From: Candidatus Multivoradales bacterium
GTDB lineage: Bacteria > Acidobacteriota > Thermoanaerobaculia > Multivoradales > Multivoraceae
Assembly (NCBI GenBank): GCA_965223325.1
Contig: CBDCWI010000002.1
Span: 4,000,001 to 4,064,000 of the forward strand
DNA length: 64,000 nucleotides
Direction of reading: 5' to 3'
The translations under genes and the position numbers were made by a program. Below the pieces are notes generated by a model that made no database searches, was not told where the DNA came from, and was given only the letters and a program-made list of their open reading frames with translations. This document shows positions 50,529 to 59,778 of the stretch, piece by piece; positions within the stretch are counted from its first letter, which is position 1, and every line of letters starts with the position of its first letter.

Positions 50529-51710
50529 CTAGGTGGAGCGCAGCTCGTCCGTGGGCTTTAGGGCTGCGAGATAGTCATCGTAGGGCACGCAGAGGACATC
50601 GTCCGTCAACAGCGTCTCGCGGCCTCCATAGAGCAGCACGGTTCCTGCTTCGGGATAGTCCTCACGAAATGCTCGGAGAGAACGCAGGTCCCGCGGTCGT
50701 ACCCGGGCGCTGCGCATCACGTCGATGGCGACGAAGGTGCTTGGACCATAGACCACGAAGTCGACCTCCACGCCACTTCTCGTTCTCCAGTAGTGGAGTG
50801 TCTCACCACGACGTCGGTACCCGATCCACGCTCGGAGGTGCTGTTCCACAAGGCCCTCGAGCGCGGCGCCGAGAACTTCCTCCGGCGCGTCCATCGGGCC
50901 CCGCGGTCGCGCTTGGGCAAACACTCCTGCATCGAACCAGTAGAACTTCGGATGCTTCGTGAGTTGACGTTTGGCTCGTCGCTGGAAGACCGGCAAGCGT
51001 CTCGAGAGCAATAGGTCTTCCATCACGGCGAGATAACCCACGACCGTTGATCGACTCACACCGCACTCGCGTGCGACTTCGGTCAGGTTGAGTGCGTTCG
51101 CGTGGGAGAAAGAGAGCGCTTCCATGAAGCGAGAGAAGGACGTTAGATTTCGTACCAGCCCCTCCGCTTGCACCTCCTCACGAACATAGAGACCGAGGTA
51201 GCTGCGGAGAGTCTCCAGCGGCGTCGCCGAAGCTCGCACGAGTGGCAGCATGCCTATCTCGAGCGCAGAGTCGACGTCGAATTGCGGAAGCTCCGCCGCC
51301 ATGAAGGGATGCATCGTTGCTTCGACTGCGCGACCCGCGAGCAGGTTCACACCGCCACCGCACAGCTTGCGCGCACTCGAACCGGTCAAGACAAATCGAC
51401 GCCCTTTCTCTTCCTCCATCAAGAGATGGACCGCGTCGAGCAACTCGGGGACCTTCTGGACCTCGTCCACCACGACCTCGCAAGGAGCTTCGATTGCTCG
51501 CACGACTTCGAGTAGGCGCTCGGGGCGTGTTCGGTAGGCGTGCTCGACTCCGGGGTCGAGCAGATCGACTCGAAGCGCCCCCGGCAATGCGGTTCCTAGC
51601 CAGGTGGACTTGCCGGTGCCCCTGGGTCCGAACAGGAAGAACGAACCATCTGGCGGGTCGAAAAAGCGCGGAAGGTCCGTGTTTTTGCCTGCTTTTTTCA
51701 CGGTAGACAT
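50529..51710 (-). CDS. AAA+ ATPase with DUF4143-type C-terminal domain
   Basis: GPRGTGKST, VDEVQK, LTGSSAR, LAGR, PKFYWFDAG, YWRTRSGVEVDFV. Confidence 0.88.
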   Translation of the reverse strand: MSTVKKAGKNTDLPRFFDPPDGSFFLFGPRGTGKSTWLGTALPGALRVDLLDPGVEHAYRTRPERLLEVVRAIEAPCEVVVDEVQKVPELLDAVHLLMEEEKGRRFVLTGSSARKLCGGGVNLLAGRAVEATMHPFMAAELPQFDVDSALEIGMLPLVRASATPLETLRSYLGLYVREEVQAEGLVRNLTSFSRFMEALSFSHANALNLTEVARECGVSRSTVVGYLAVMEDLLLSRRLPVFQRRAKRQLTKHPKFYWFDAGVFAQARPRGPMDAPEEVLGAALEGLVEQHLRAWIGYRRRGETLHYWRTRSGVEVDFVVYGPSTFVAIDVMRSARVRPRDLRSLRAFREDYPEAGTVLLYGGRETLLTDDVLCVPYDDYLAALKPTDELRST

Positions 51711-51939
51711 GAAAATATCACATGCCCGTGGCGGCCTCAACAACCTCGCTCGTGACGGTCTCGATCGGTCGGGTTCGAGCCTCTGAGCCCGTTGCGTCGG
51801 TCTGATGTTGGCTACTCATCCAGGCTCGAACATCTTAGAAACGACGGGTCGCTTTGATAGCTTCTGTCGTTCCTCGCCGGCCGCGATTCGTGTCTCCAGG
51901 CCGCGCCATCACCCACCAGATTGTCCTGCCAATCCGAAC

Positions 51940-54561
51940 ATGCTGCGACTCAGTCTTCCCGTCCGAGTTTCTCTCCTCATCCTTCTGCTGGTCGCACTGC
52001 TGGTGGGGTTCTCATCGTGGTGGCTGATAAGAACGGCCGAAGAGACGGCGCGGACCGAGGTGGCCGCCGGTCTTTCGGAAGCGCTGTCGGTCCAGTCTTC
52101 GGTGCAGCAGCGAGAGTACGAGAAGCTCGCCCTACAGGCACAGGCTCTCGCCGCCGATCCGGTGATTCAGGCGCATCTCTCCGATGTTGAAGACGAGCTC
52201 GAGTTGGCAGACCTCGACGACCAGCTCGACCACTTGCGGAGTGGCAGAGGACTCGATCTTCTGGCAGTGATCGGCCCCAACCGTCGACCGTTGGTTGAGT
52301 CCGGGGCCGGTGTCGTGCGTGGGCTGTCGGGAGCGGTCTTCGACGCTGCAGTCGAGGCGCGGCAGGCGCAGTTCGTCGTCGACGACGAGACGACCCTTCT
52401 GGCAACGGTTCTGATCCCGCTGGTGCGCGATTTCGACCTGCTCGGTTTTCTTCTCGTGGGCTCGGCTTTCGATGATGCCTACCTGCAAGAAATCACCCGA
52501 ATGACGCCGGGCGAGATCCTGATGATCGGAGGGCACAGGGGCGAGAGCGAGGTGCGGCACTCCACCCTGGAAACGCCCGTTGCTGCAGAGGTTCTGCGGA
52601 CACTTCGGACGATGGGGTCGCTCGAAGAGATGTTGGGGTCGGCGCACCGGCAGGAGCTCGAGGTCGAGGGCGAGAGCATGTCTGGAGTCAGTGCGGCGCT
52701 CTACGGCGGCGAAGGGGAGCAGGTCGGCGCCTCGTTGGCTTTGCTCTCGCTCGACGAACGCCTGGTAGCGGCCCGTCGGTTTCGCAACGCGCTCCTGGTC
52801 GCGGGGGCTTCGACGGCGCTTCTCGGTAGCCTCCTGGCGTGGCTTGTCTTGCGCGGAGCAGATCGACCCATCGAGAGAACACTTCAGCAGGCCCGGGCGC
52901 TTGCTGCGGGCGATTTCGATGCCCGTACGGGAGTAGCACGCTCTGACGCGGTGGGTGAGTTGGCTCTGACCCTCGACGGGATGGCGGCGGCGCTCGGCGA
53001 GCAGCAGGAACTCACCCAGTACGTACGTCGCGCGGCGCGCGCGTTGCCGAATCCGCGCAGAGGTCAGGTGGCCACCAGAACGCGCGAAGAATCGGTCGCG
53101 CTCGTGATGATCGATGTGCGTGGTCGCAACAGTACGTCTTTAGAGCCTCGGCCTGAAGACCTCCTCGAAGGCCATGCGCGCGATCTCAGCCGGGCGCGGG
53201 CGGCGGTGAAGACCAATGCGGGTCGCATCGAAGCGCAGATGGGCCATCGCCTGCTTGCTAGTTTTCCCTCCGGGTCGGGCTCGAAGACCGGCAGGGGAGC
53301 TCTTTTTCGGGCGTTGCGGGCCGGCGTGGTGATTCAGGAGGAGCTGGGGGAGCCGGAGCATGCGTTCGAGGACGTCGATCCACCGGCAATCGTCATCACC
53401 ACCGGTAAGGTGCAAACGGGCAGTCACTCGTTTGACGGCGAGCCTGAACGAATCGTCATTGGGGCGGGAGTTCGTCAACTCGAGGGGTTGCTGCGCGAGG
53501 CAGGTTCCGGCGATTTAATGCTTTCGGCCAATGCCTGGCAACGTCTTCTGCCGCGCGCCGAGAGTTGTGGTCTCGAGGTTCGTGCGCAACGCGGTCTGCT
53601 GACACCGCAAGAGATCTATCCGCTGTCGCTGGTCGTGGCGCGCACTCTCCTGCAACCGTTGGCGGGGGGTGGCGACGGTTCCGGAGAACCGTCATCGCGC
53701 CCCTGGCCCGAGCAGTCGGACGGTCTGGCAACCTCGGATCTCTTGCCGGAGGCCGGTGAGATTCTCGACGAACGCTTCGCTCTGCAGACTGTCGTTGGTG
53801 CCGGCAACCTGGGTCGCATCTTTCGCGCCCACGATGCGGAGCTCGATGACGTTGTCCTGGTCGAGGCTTGTGAACGCACGGCGTTCGACTCCGACGGCTT
53901 GATCAAACTCGAGAACCGGATAGAGCGGGCGCGACAAGCGCGCCACGCAAGCCTGGAGCGGGTACTGGAGTGTGGGTCGACTTCGCGAGTGGTCTACACC
54001 TGCCGTGAACACTTGGCAGGTCTCGACCTGCGTTTCCTGCTCGACCAGGCGGGCCCTTTGCCGGTGCGAGGTGCGGTGCGTGTCGCGCAGCAGCTGGCCG
54101 AAGCGCTGGCCGAGCTTCACACCGCCGATCTCCTGCATGGCAATGTCGCTTCTGAACAGGTGCGACTAAGTGCCGATGGCAATGCCTACCTCACTGGGCA
54201 CGGTCTGTTGTGGCCGCTGCGGGGGGGAAGAGCGGCAGTTTCGCTAGCCGGCGACCAGGCGCCCGAGCTTCGGTCTGGTGCGACTCCGGACGTGCGCACT
54301 GACCTGTACTGCTTGGGTGTGGTGCTCTACGAACTGTTCACAGGGAAGCCACCCTTCGGCGACGGCAAGGGGGAGGACGAAGGGGCGCCGCTGCTCGATA
54401 CGCCTCTTGGCGCCGAGGTTGTGGTGCCTCCGACGACGGTCCGCGTCGCGTTGCCCGCTGGGCTCGATCGCATTCTGCTCGCTCTTCTCGACGATGACCC
54501 GGAGCGTCGTCCTGCCCGCGCGAGCGAGGTTGCCGCCAGTCTCAGCGACTTGAAGTCGTAG
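51940..54561 (+). CDS. Membrane sensor: extracytoplasmic domain-HAMP-degenerate class III cyclase-degenerate Ser/Thr kinase
   Basis: Start ATG 51940. Two TM helices, HAMP (RSDAVGELA), cyclase-like VMIDVRG, kinase-like GAGNLG..APE..DLYCLGVVLYELFTGKPPF. Confidence 0.75.
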   Translation: MLRLSLPVRVSLLILLLVALLVGFSSWWLIRTAEETARTEVAAGLSEALSVQSSVQQREYEKLALQAQALAADPVIQAHLSDVEDELELADLDDQLDHLRSGRGLDLLAVIGPNRRPLVESGAGVVRGLSGAVFDAAVEARQAQFVVDDETTLLATVLIPLVRDFDLLGFLLVGSAFDDAYLQEITRMTPGEILMIGGHRGESEVRHSTLETPVAAEVLRTLRTMGSLEEMLGSAHRQELEVEGESMSGVSAALYGGEGEQVGASLALLSLDERLVAARRFRNALLVAGASTALLGSLLAWLVLRGADRPIERTLQQARALAAGDFDARTGVARSDAVGELALTLDGMAAALGEQQELTQYVRRAARALPNPRRGQVATRTREESVALVMIDVRGRNSTSLEPRPEDLLEGHARDLSRARAAVKTNAGRIEAQMGHRLLASFPSGSGSKTGRGALFRALRAGVVIQEELGEPEHAFEDVDPPAIVITTGKVQTGSHSFDGEPERIVIGAGVRQLEGLLREAGSGDLMLSANAWQRLLPRAESCGLEVRAQRGLLTPQEIYPLSLVVARTLLQPLAGGGDGSGEPSSRPWPEQSDGLATSDLLPEAGEILDERFALQTVVGAGNLGRIFRAHDAELDDVVLVEACERTAFDSDGLIKLENRIERARQARHASLERVLECGSTSRVVYTCREHLAGLDLRFLLDQAGPLPVRGAVRVAQQLAEALAELHTADLLHGNVASEQVRLSADGNAYLTGHGLLWPLRGGRAAVSLAGDQAPELRSGATPDVRTDLYCLGVVLYELFTGKPPFGDGKGEDEGAPLLDTPLGAEVVVPPTTVRVALPAGLDRILLALLDDDPERRPARASEVAASLSDLKS

Positions 54562-54593
54562 CCAGCGGGCGCAGCTCGCGCGACCAGAACGAA

Positions 54594-54632
54594 GACGACC
54601 CCGGAGGGGGGAGTGGGGCCTCCGGAGTCGTT
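54594..54632 (-). terminator. Strong hairpin between convergent genes, with a C-rich loop on the minus strand
   Basis: Minus strand ACGACTCCGGAGG-CCCCACTCCCC-CCTCCGGGGTCGT followed by CTTCGTTCT. Confidence 0.6.
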
Positions 54633-54785
54633 TGGAGATGTCTGATGCGCGGCAGGATCGGCATTCTCGATGCAGTCGAGCTGCGTTCGTTGCCTTGCGT
54701 CTATTCCTTACTACGTTCCGTGTTGCTGGAGCGTTTGCTTCGTTCTCGCCTTAGGGTTGCAAGGGCCGGCCGATGCAGCGAGTCC

Positions 54786-55580
54786 CTATTCGGCAGGCAC
54801 CAGTTCAACCAGGAGGACGAGGGCGCCCAACGCTCCCGAGGTGGTTTGCGTCGTGGCTTTCCCGAGCACCGCGATCTGGCCTTCGCGCAGCTCAACGCTG
54901 GTCTCGAAGGAGGCCTTGGTGAAGTTCTCGGTGCGTGAGCGCAAGGCAAAGGAGACGCCGCTCAGGAAGATGCGACGCTCACTCTCGCCCTCGTCCGGAT
55001 CTTCGACTTTGACCTGTCGGATGTGGAAACCGTACGGGTCTCCGCCGACAATGGTGCCTTCGGCGCTGACCATGCGGCCGCCACTGACCCGGGTGAGGAT
55101 GACGTCCTCGGTCTCATATCCACGGTAGGGGAAGACTCCGCGTAGGCGGTTGACGACGCCCTCGAGGCGTTCGGCGACCTCGATCTCTCCGTCTGGGCTG
55201 GCACGCAGGATGGTGACGATGAGCTCGTAGGACAGATCGCTCTGGGTCGGTGCATCGAGGGCCTCGAGCACCTTGATCGCCGCGTCGACCTGGTCTTCGG
55301 CTCCGCTGAGGATCAATGAGTTGCTTTCGGCGTCTTCGCTGGCGCGAAGGTGGAAGATCGAGATGTGCGGGATCATCTCGCCCGCCATGCGGTAGCGAAG
55401 ACGTTTGATGACGGTGAAGGGCCGCGGTTCCTTGTCGACCCCCTCTTGTTGTGGACTGCTGTGCGTGGCCGCAACGGGAGCACCCCCGAGAACCAAGAGG
55501 AGAGCGAAAAGCGTTGCGCCAGCGGCATCCGTGAGTCGCATTGTTCTGTCGATGAGGGTCTTTCGGAGTGTGAAGGGCAT
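54786..55580 (-). CDS. Exported protein with secretin N-domain (NolW-like) repeat
   Basis: Signal-like segment; SNSLILSGAEDQVDAAIKVLEALD; third gene of the ECF operon. Confidence 0.65.
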   Translation of the reverse strand: MPFTLRKTLIDRTMRLTDAAGATLFALLLVLGGAPVAATHSSPQQEGVDKEPRPFTVIKRLRYRMAGEMIPHISIFHLRASEDAESNSLILSGAEDQVDAAIKVLEALDAPTQSDLSYELIVTILRASPDGEIEVAERLEGVVNRLRGVFPYRGYETEDVILTRVSGGRMVSAEGTIVGGDPYGFHIRQVKVEDPDEGESERRIFLSGVSFALRSRTENFTKASFETSVELREGQIAVLGKATTQTTSGALGALVLLVELVPAE

Positions 55581-55646
55581 AGATCTTTCTCTTTCGTGGG
55601 TGGTTCTGATGGTTTCTGCAGGGTTTTGACTCGGCAATTGACGCGT

Positions 55647-56381
55647 TCAGTCGCTGGCAACATCGTCGATGAGCCAGTGGATGATCAGTTCCGGCTCTTC
55701 CGCCTTTCCGCTGTCGGTCCACACGACAACTGCGCCGGATGGTGGCCCCGGTAAGTGCGGTTCGCCGCGGGTCCGGTTCGCCGGGATTGGTAGGTCAAAA
55801 GGAGGTTCAGCGGCCGCAGCTCCCGACGGGCCAGCCACCACGACGGGGGATGGTGGTTCGGGCGGCGTGGTCGCGGGCGAAGGTTCCGTGTGCACCGTTT
55901 CGGGGGGCTGTGCCTCGTCGCCATTCGTGGCCGGTAGCGCCGGCGGAGTTGCAGCCGTTGCAAGGCGCTCCTCGGCTCCGTTGACTGGAGCGTTTTCGCC
56001 GACAGTGGGCGGCGAGACGATGCGCCACGCCATCCAGGAAGCAGCAAGAAGAGTGGCTAACGCGGCGGCGATCAGCCAGGTCCTGGCGTAGCGCGGTGGG
56101 TCGTGCGTTGCCGGGACTTCAGTCTGTTCTCCGAAAGCTTCTCCCAAGACGCCCTCGCGCACTTCCGCCAGATCTCGCGCCAGCACCTCGGCCGACTGTG
56201 GGCACGCCGGAAGTGCGGCCAGACTCTTTCGGTCTGCCAACAGTCGGTCGTAGAAATGGCGGTTGCCTTCGGTGGCGGCCAGCGTCTGGCCGGCGATCTT
56301 GCGCTCTTCGAGTTCGAGGTCGCCTCCGGCCAGGCCGGCGAGCAGCTCTTCGCCGCTCTTGGGGGCACGTTCACTGCTCAT
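55647..56381 (-). CDS. Putative transmembrane anti-sigma factor
   Basis: ATGA overlap with the ECF sigma gene, single TM helix, Pro-rich linker, C-terminal ELIIHWL. Confidence 0.7.
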   Translation of the reverse strand: MSSERAPKSGEELLAGLAGGDLELEERKIAGQTLAATEGNRHFYDRLLADRKSLAALPACPQSAEVLARDLAEVREGVLGEAFGEQTEVPATHDPPRYARTWLIAAALATLLAASWMAWRIVSPPTVGENAPVNGAEERLATAATPPALPATNGDEAQPPETVHTEPSPATTPPEPPSPVVVAGPSGAAAAEPPFDLPIPANRTRGEPHLPGPPSGAVVVWTDSGKAEEPELIIHWLIDDVASD

Positions 56382-56989
56382 CTCGACATTCCTTCCATCA
56401 GTTGGCGAAGGCGTATGCGTGCGCGTGAAACGTGGCTGCGCACCGTGCCGATCCCGGTTCCCATCGCGTCGGCCACTTCCTGAGTGGAGAGGCCCAGGAC
56501 GTCGCGCAACACCAGCGCCTCGCGTTCACGTTCAGAGAGCGCAGCCAGGGCGCGGCGAAGAAGCGCGACCTGTTCGCCGCCTTCGACCTCGCGAGCGGGG
56601 CCAGGTGCCTCCGAGGGCATCCGACGCAAATGCTCCTCGGAGTCGTCGACGGGCTGCAGGCCGCCGATCCTCGTGCGTCGGCGATGGTCATCGTGGCAGC
56701 AGTTCGCCACGATGCGCGCGAGGTAGGGCCACACCGGGCGGCTTGGGTCGACGCGGTCGATGCTGCGGTAGAAGCGGATCCAGGCGTCCTGCGCCGCGTC
56801 GCGGGCGCGATCCGGACACCCGATGAGCCGCTGGGCCAGTCTCAGGACCCGTACCTCGTGCTGGCGGACGAGGAGCTCGAACGCTTCTCGTTCGCCAGAC
56901 TGCGCGCGTTCCAAGAGGGTGGCTGGCCCGGCTGCGGCTGGTTCAAGAAGGTGACGTTCGGCCTGCAAACTGAGGAGGCTCCGGTGCAT
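56378..56989 (-). CDS. ECF RNA polymerase sigma factor
   Basis: AQSGEREAFELLV, ARDAAQDAW region 2; LSEREREALVLRDVLGLSTQEVADAMG..GTVRSHVSRAR region 4. Confidence 0.93.
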   Translation of the reverse strand: MHRSLLSLQAERHLLEPAAAGPATLLERAQSGEREAFELLVRQHEVRVLRLAQRLIGCPDRARDAAQDAWIRFYRSIDRVDPSRPVWPYLARIVANCCHDDHRRRTRIGGLQPVDDSEEHLRRMPSEAPGPAREVEGGEQVALLRRALAALSEREREALVLRDVLGLSTQEVADAMGTGIGTVRSHVSRARIRLRQLMEGMSR

Positions 56990-57103
56990 AGAGATCCTGG
57001 TGTTGGGAACGGGCCTCTCACGCGCTGGGTGATCGGCCTTCTCTATGTCCTACTCCCTCTAGCACCCAAGCGTTGAGAAGGTCGCTCGAGTTTCTGGCTG
57101 CCG

Positions 57104-59623
57104 TCAGGTCTCGGAGGGCAAGCCGCCGTCGACCGGCTCATAGACCTGCTCCGCCGGTTCGCCGGCGGGGTCGTCGGTTCGCTCAGCGAACGCCTCTCTA
57201 CCGTGGAAGAAACGCTCGGCGACCTCTGATGGTCGGGCGCGAATTCCGGTGGCGCTCTCTTGGCCGGCGTACCAATCGGGCGGCAGGTGGTCTCGGTAGG
57301 GCTCGTTGGCGAAGCGCTGGCCGATCAACGCGATGACGCCGGTGTCCTTGTCTGAGCGAATCAGACGACCGGCGGCCTGGATGACCCGCGTCATCCCGGG
57401 AATCACGAAGGCGTACTCGAAACCGCGTCCGAAGCGATCTTCGTAGTAGTTCTCGAGCAGTTTCTGCTCGAGCGACAGACCAGGTAGGCACGGTGAGACC
57501 ACAGTGACTGCCTTGAGCATCTCGCCGGGGTAGTCGACGCCCTCAGCGAAGACCCCGCCGGCGACCGCCAGCAGGAGGACGTCGCCGAGCACGGCGCCGC
57601 GCAGGGTCTGCAGGATCTCCTGGCGCTGCCTTTCGCCGTCGCCGCGCGCTTGAACGAGCACTCTTTTCTGGAGATTGGGAAGCCGGCTGTTGACCTCGGC
57701 GAGAAACTTATAGCTCGGGAAGAGAGCCAGGCAGTTGCCCGGGACGATGTCGACGAACTCGGCGAGGCGTTCGGCGATTGGCCCGAAGTTGCGTTCACGC
57801 TGTTTGTAGGTCGTATTGACGGCGTCGTCGATCACCACCACGCGGTGGTCGGACGGGAAGGGCGACGGGACCCGCACTTCGGAGGTGCGCGCCGCCTTGA
57901 ACCCCAGCAGGTCACGGAAGAACTCGTGCGGCGAGAGTGTCGCCGAGAGCGCGATAACGCTGTGGCATCGATTGATCGTTTTGCCGAGGAACTTGCTGGC
58001 GTCTTTGCACAGGAGGTGAATCGAGACGCCTCGAGCATCGCGTGAGGCGCAATGGGAGAAGGCGCTGGTGTTGGCGACCTGGAGAGTGTTCAGGAAGCGC
58101 AACAGGTCGAAGTAGAGGTCGACGAACGGGTCTTCGGCGCGAAAGCTCCTGGTTTCGCGGCGATACTCGAGGTAGTCGATGAAGGCGCGGTCGTACTCGG
58201 CGCGCAGTTCGATGAGTTCATCGTCGGGCAGTCGGGTTTCGACGCTCGCGTCGGACTCGCCCGGTGGCAGCGCCAGCTCGGCGGTGTCTTCGATCAGGCG
58301 TGCCAACTCGTGTGCCAGCGCCCGGATGCGATGCTCGATCTCGGCGCCCACCGGGTCTGGAGCTCCGGCGAGCGCACCGAAGTTGCGCGCTATGTCCTGG
58401 CAGCGCGCTGCAGCCAACGTTGGGCTGTAGTAGCCGCGCCCGCGGTCGACCAGATTGTGGGCCTCGTCGATCACCAGGATGGTGTCGGAGAGGTCGTTCT
58501 CCTGGCCGAAGTCGGTGAGGGCAACCCAGGGATCGAAGGCGTAGTTGTAGTCACACACCACCGCCTGCACGCGGCGACTGAGTTCGAGCGAGACTTCGAA
58601 AGGGCACACCTCCGAGGTGCGTGCGTCGGCGTAGATGGCGTCGGGTTCGAGGTTGGCATGTTTGGCGAGTAACTTGCCGACGACGTCGGTGCGTTGCAGC
58701 TTCGACCAGTAGTCCTTGGCCCAGCGGCAATACTCCTCGTGGCAGATCACTTCGTCGTTGGCGCACATCTTGGCCTTGGCGCGCAGGCGGAGGGAGCGAA
58801 AGGCATCGTCGCGGTTGAGCAGGTCGAGGACCTTGGTGGCCATGTCTTGTTGCAGCGTCTTGGCGGTGAGAACGAAGACGCGCTTGTCGTGGGCGAGCGC
58901 GTAGCGCAGCACCGGAAAGAGACTCGCTACCGTCTTACCGATTCCCGTCGGCGCTTCGACGAGGAGATGCTCGCGGCCTCCGAGAGCCAGCGCGGTGCGC
59001 TCGACGATCTCGTCTTGACCCTGGCGCTGTTTGTAGAACGGGAACTCGAGCCTTGAAGCGGCCTCACGTCGTTCAGCTCGGCCCGTGCGGTCGGCCTCGA
59101 AGTCGTGAATCAGAGTGTTGAGGCGGCGCTTGGCCACCGCGCGCATGCGTGAAGGGTCGAGGTCGATCTCCTGCCGGTCGACCGTCGTCGAGCCGATCTC
59201 GATCAGCACCAGTTCGGCGCGCACCGAACAGTCCTGCTGCTCACCCAGGAGCCAGGCATAGATCAAGGCCTGCCGGCGATAGGTGTCGAGAACTGCCGGG
59301 GCCAGCGTTTGGCCAGCACGCACCGACTTGATCTCCTCGACCACCAGCTGCTCACCGTCGCGCCGTAGGCCGTCGAGCCGACCGTGGAGGAGGATCTGCC
59401 AACCGCGATGGGTGAACTCGTGCTTGAGCGTCACCTCTGCCTGGTACGTCGGGTCGTCCTCGATCGCCTGCTGCTGATACTCGCTGTGGATCGCCTGCCC
59501 GAGCCACAGGCGCTCATAGCCACCGCGATTGGCGAAGCCGAGACTACGTCCCAGCTCGTGCTCGAGCAGGTCGTGCACCGAGAGCCGTAGGGTGCGGGTT
59601 TCGTCATCGAAGCGGGGAGGCAT
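57104..59623 (-). CDS. DinG/XPD-family Fe-S helicase with N-terminal PD-(D/E)XK nuclease domain
   Basis: GRLDG..EEIKS..QALIY nuclease motifs; APTGIGKT, four Cys (C..C..C..CPFE), DEAHN, SATL, FPSY, EGVD, QAAGRLIR. Confidence 0.9.
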   Translation of the reverse strand: MPPRFDDETRTLRLSVHDLLEHELGRSLGFANRGGYERLWLGQAIHSEYQQQAIEDDPTYQAEVTLKHEFTHRGWQILLHGRLDGLRRDGEQLVVEEIKSVRAGQTLAPAVLDTYRRQALIYAWLLGEQQDCSVRAELVLIEIGSTTVDRQEIDLDPSRMRAVAKRRLNTLIHDFEADRTGRAERREAASRLEFPFYKQRQGQDEIVERTALALGGREHLLVEAPTGIGKTVASLFPVLRYALAHDKRVFVLTAKTLQQDMATKVLDLLNRDDAFRSLRLRAKAKMCANDEVICHEEYCRWAKDYWSKLQRTDVVGKLLAKHANLEPDAIYADARTSEVCPFEVSLELSRRVQAVVCDYNYAFDPWVALTDFGQENDLSDTILVIDEAHNLVDRGRGYYSPTLAAARCQDIARNFGALAGAPDPVGAEIEHRIRALAHELARLIEDTAELALPPGESDASVETRLPDDELIELRAEYDRAFIDYLEYRRETRSFRAEDPFVDLYFDLLRFLNTLQVANTSAFSHCASRDARGVSIHLLCKDASKFLGKTINRCHSVIALSATLSPHEFFRDLLGFKAARTSEVRVPSPFPSDHRVVVIDDAVNTTYKQRERNFGPIAERLAEFVDIVPGNCLALFPSYKFLAEVNSRLPNLQKRVLVQARGDGERQRQEILQTLRGAVLGDVLLLAVAGGVFAEGVDYPGEMLKAVTVVSPCLPGLSLEQKLLENYYEDRFGRGFEYAFVIPGMTRVIQAAGRLIRSDKDTGVIALIGQRFANEPYRDHLPPDWYAGQESATGIRARPSEVAERFFHGREAFAERTDDPAGEPAEQVYEPVDGGLPSET

Positions 59624-59778
59624 GGTCCCCGGATCCTACGTTGCTCGTGGCGTACGAACAGAGAGCCGGTTCGACCTCGATTCGACGGTCCTGAAGGTCC
59701 GACGCTGGCCCTGAGACTCTGCGAGCAGCTACTGAGGCACGATCTGCTTCGATGCCACGGGCCGTCTCGATGGTCGTC

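Noticed and set aside
57104-59623. Type IV CRISPR CasDinG or Cas4 locus
   Set aside because: There is no repeat-spacer array or other cas gene in the window, and the nuclease domain lacks the Cas4 Cys cluster.
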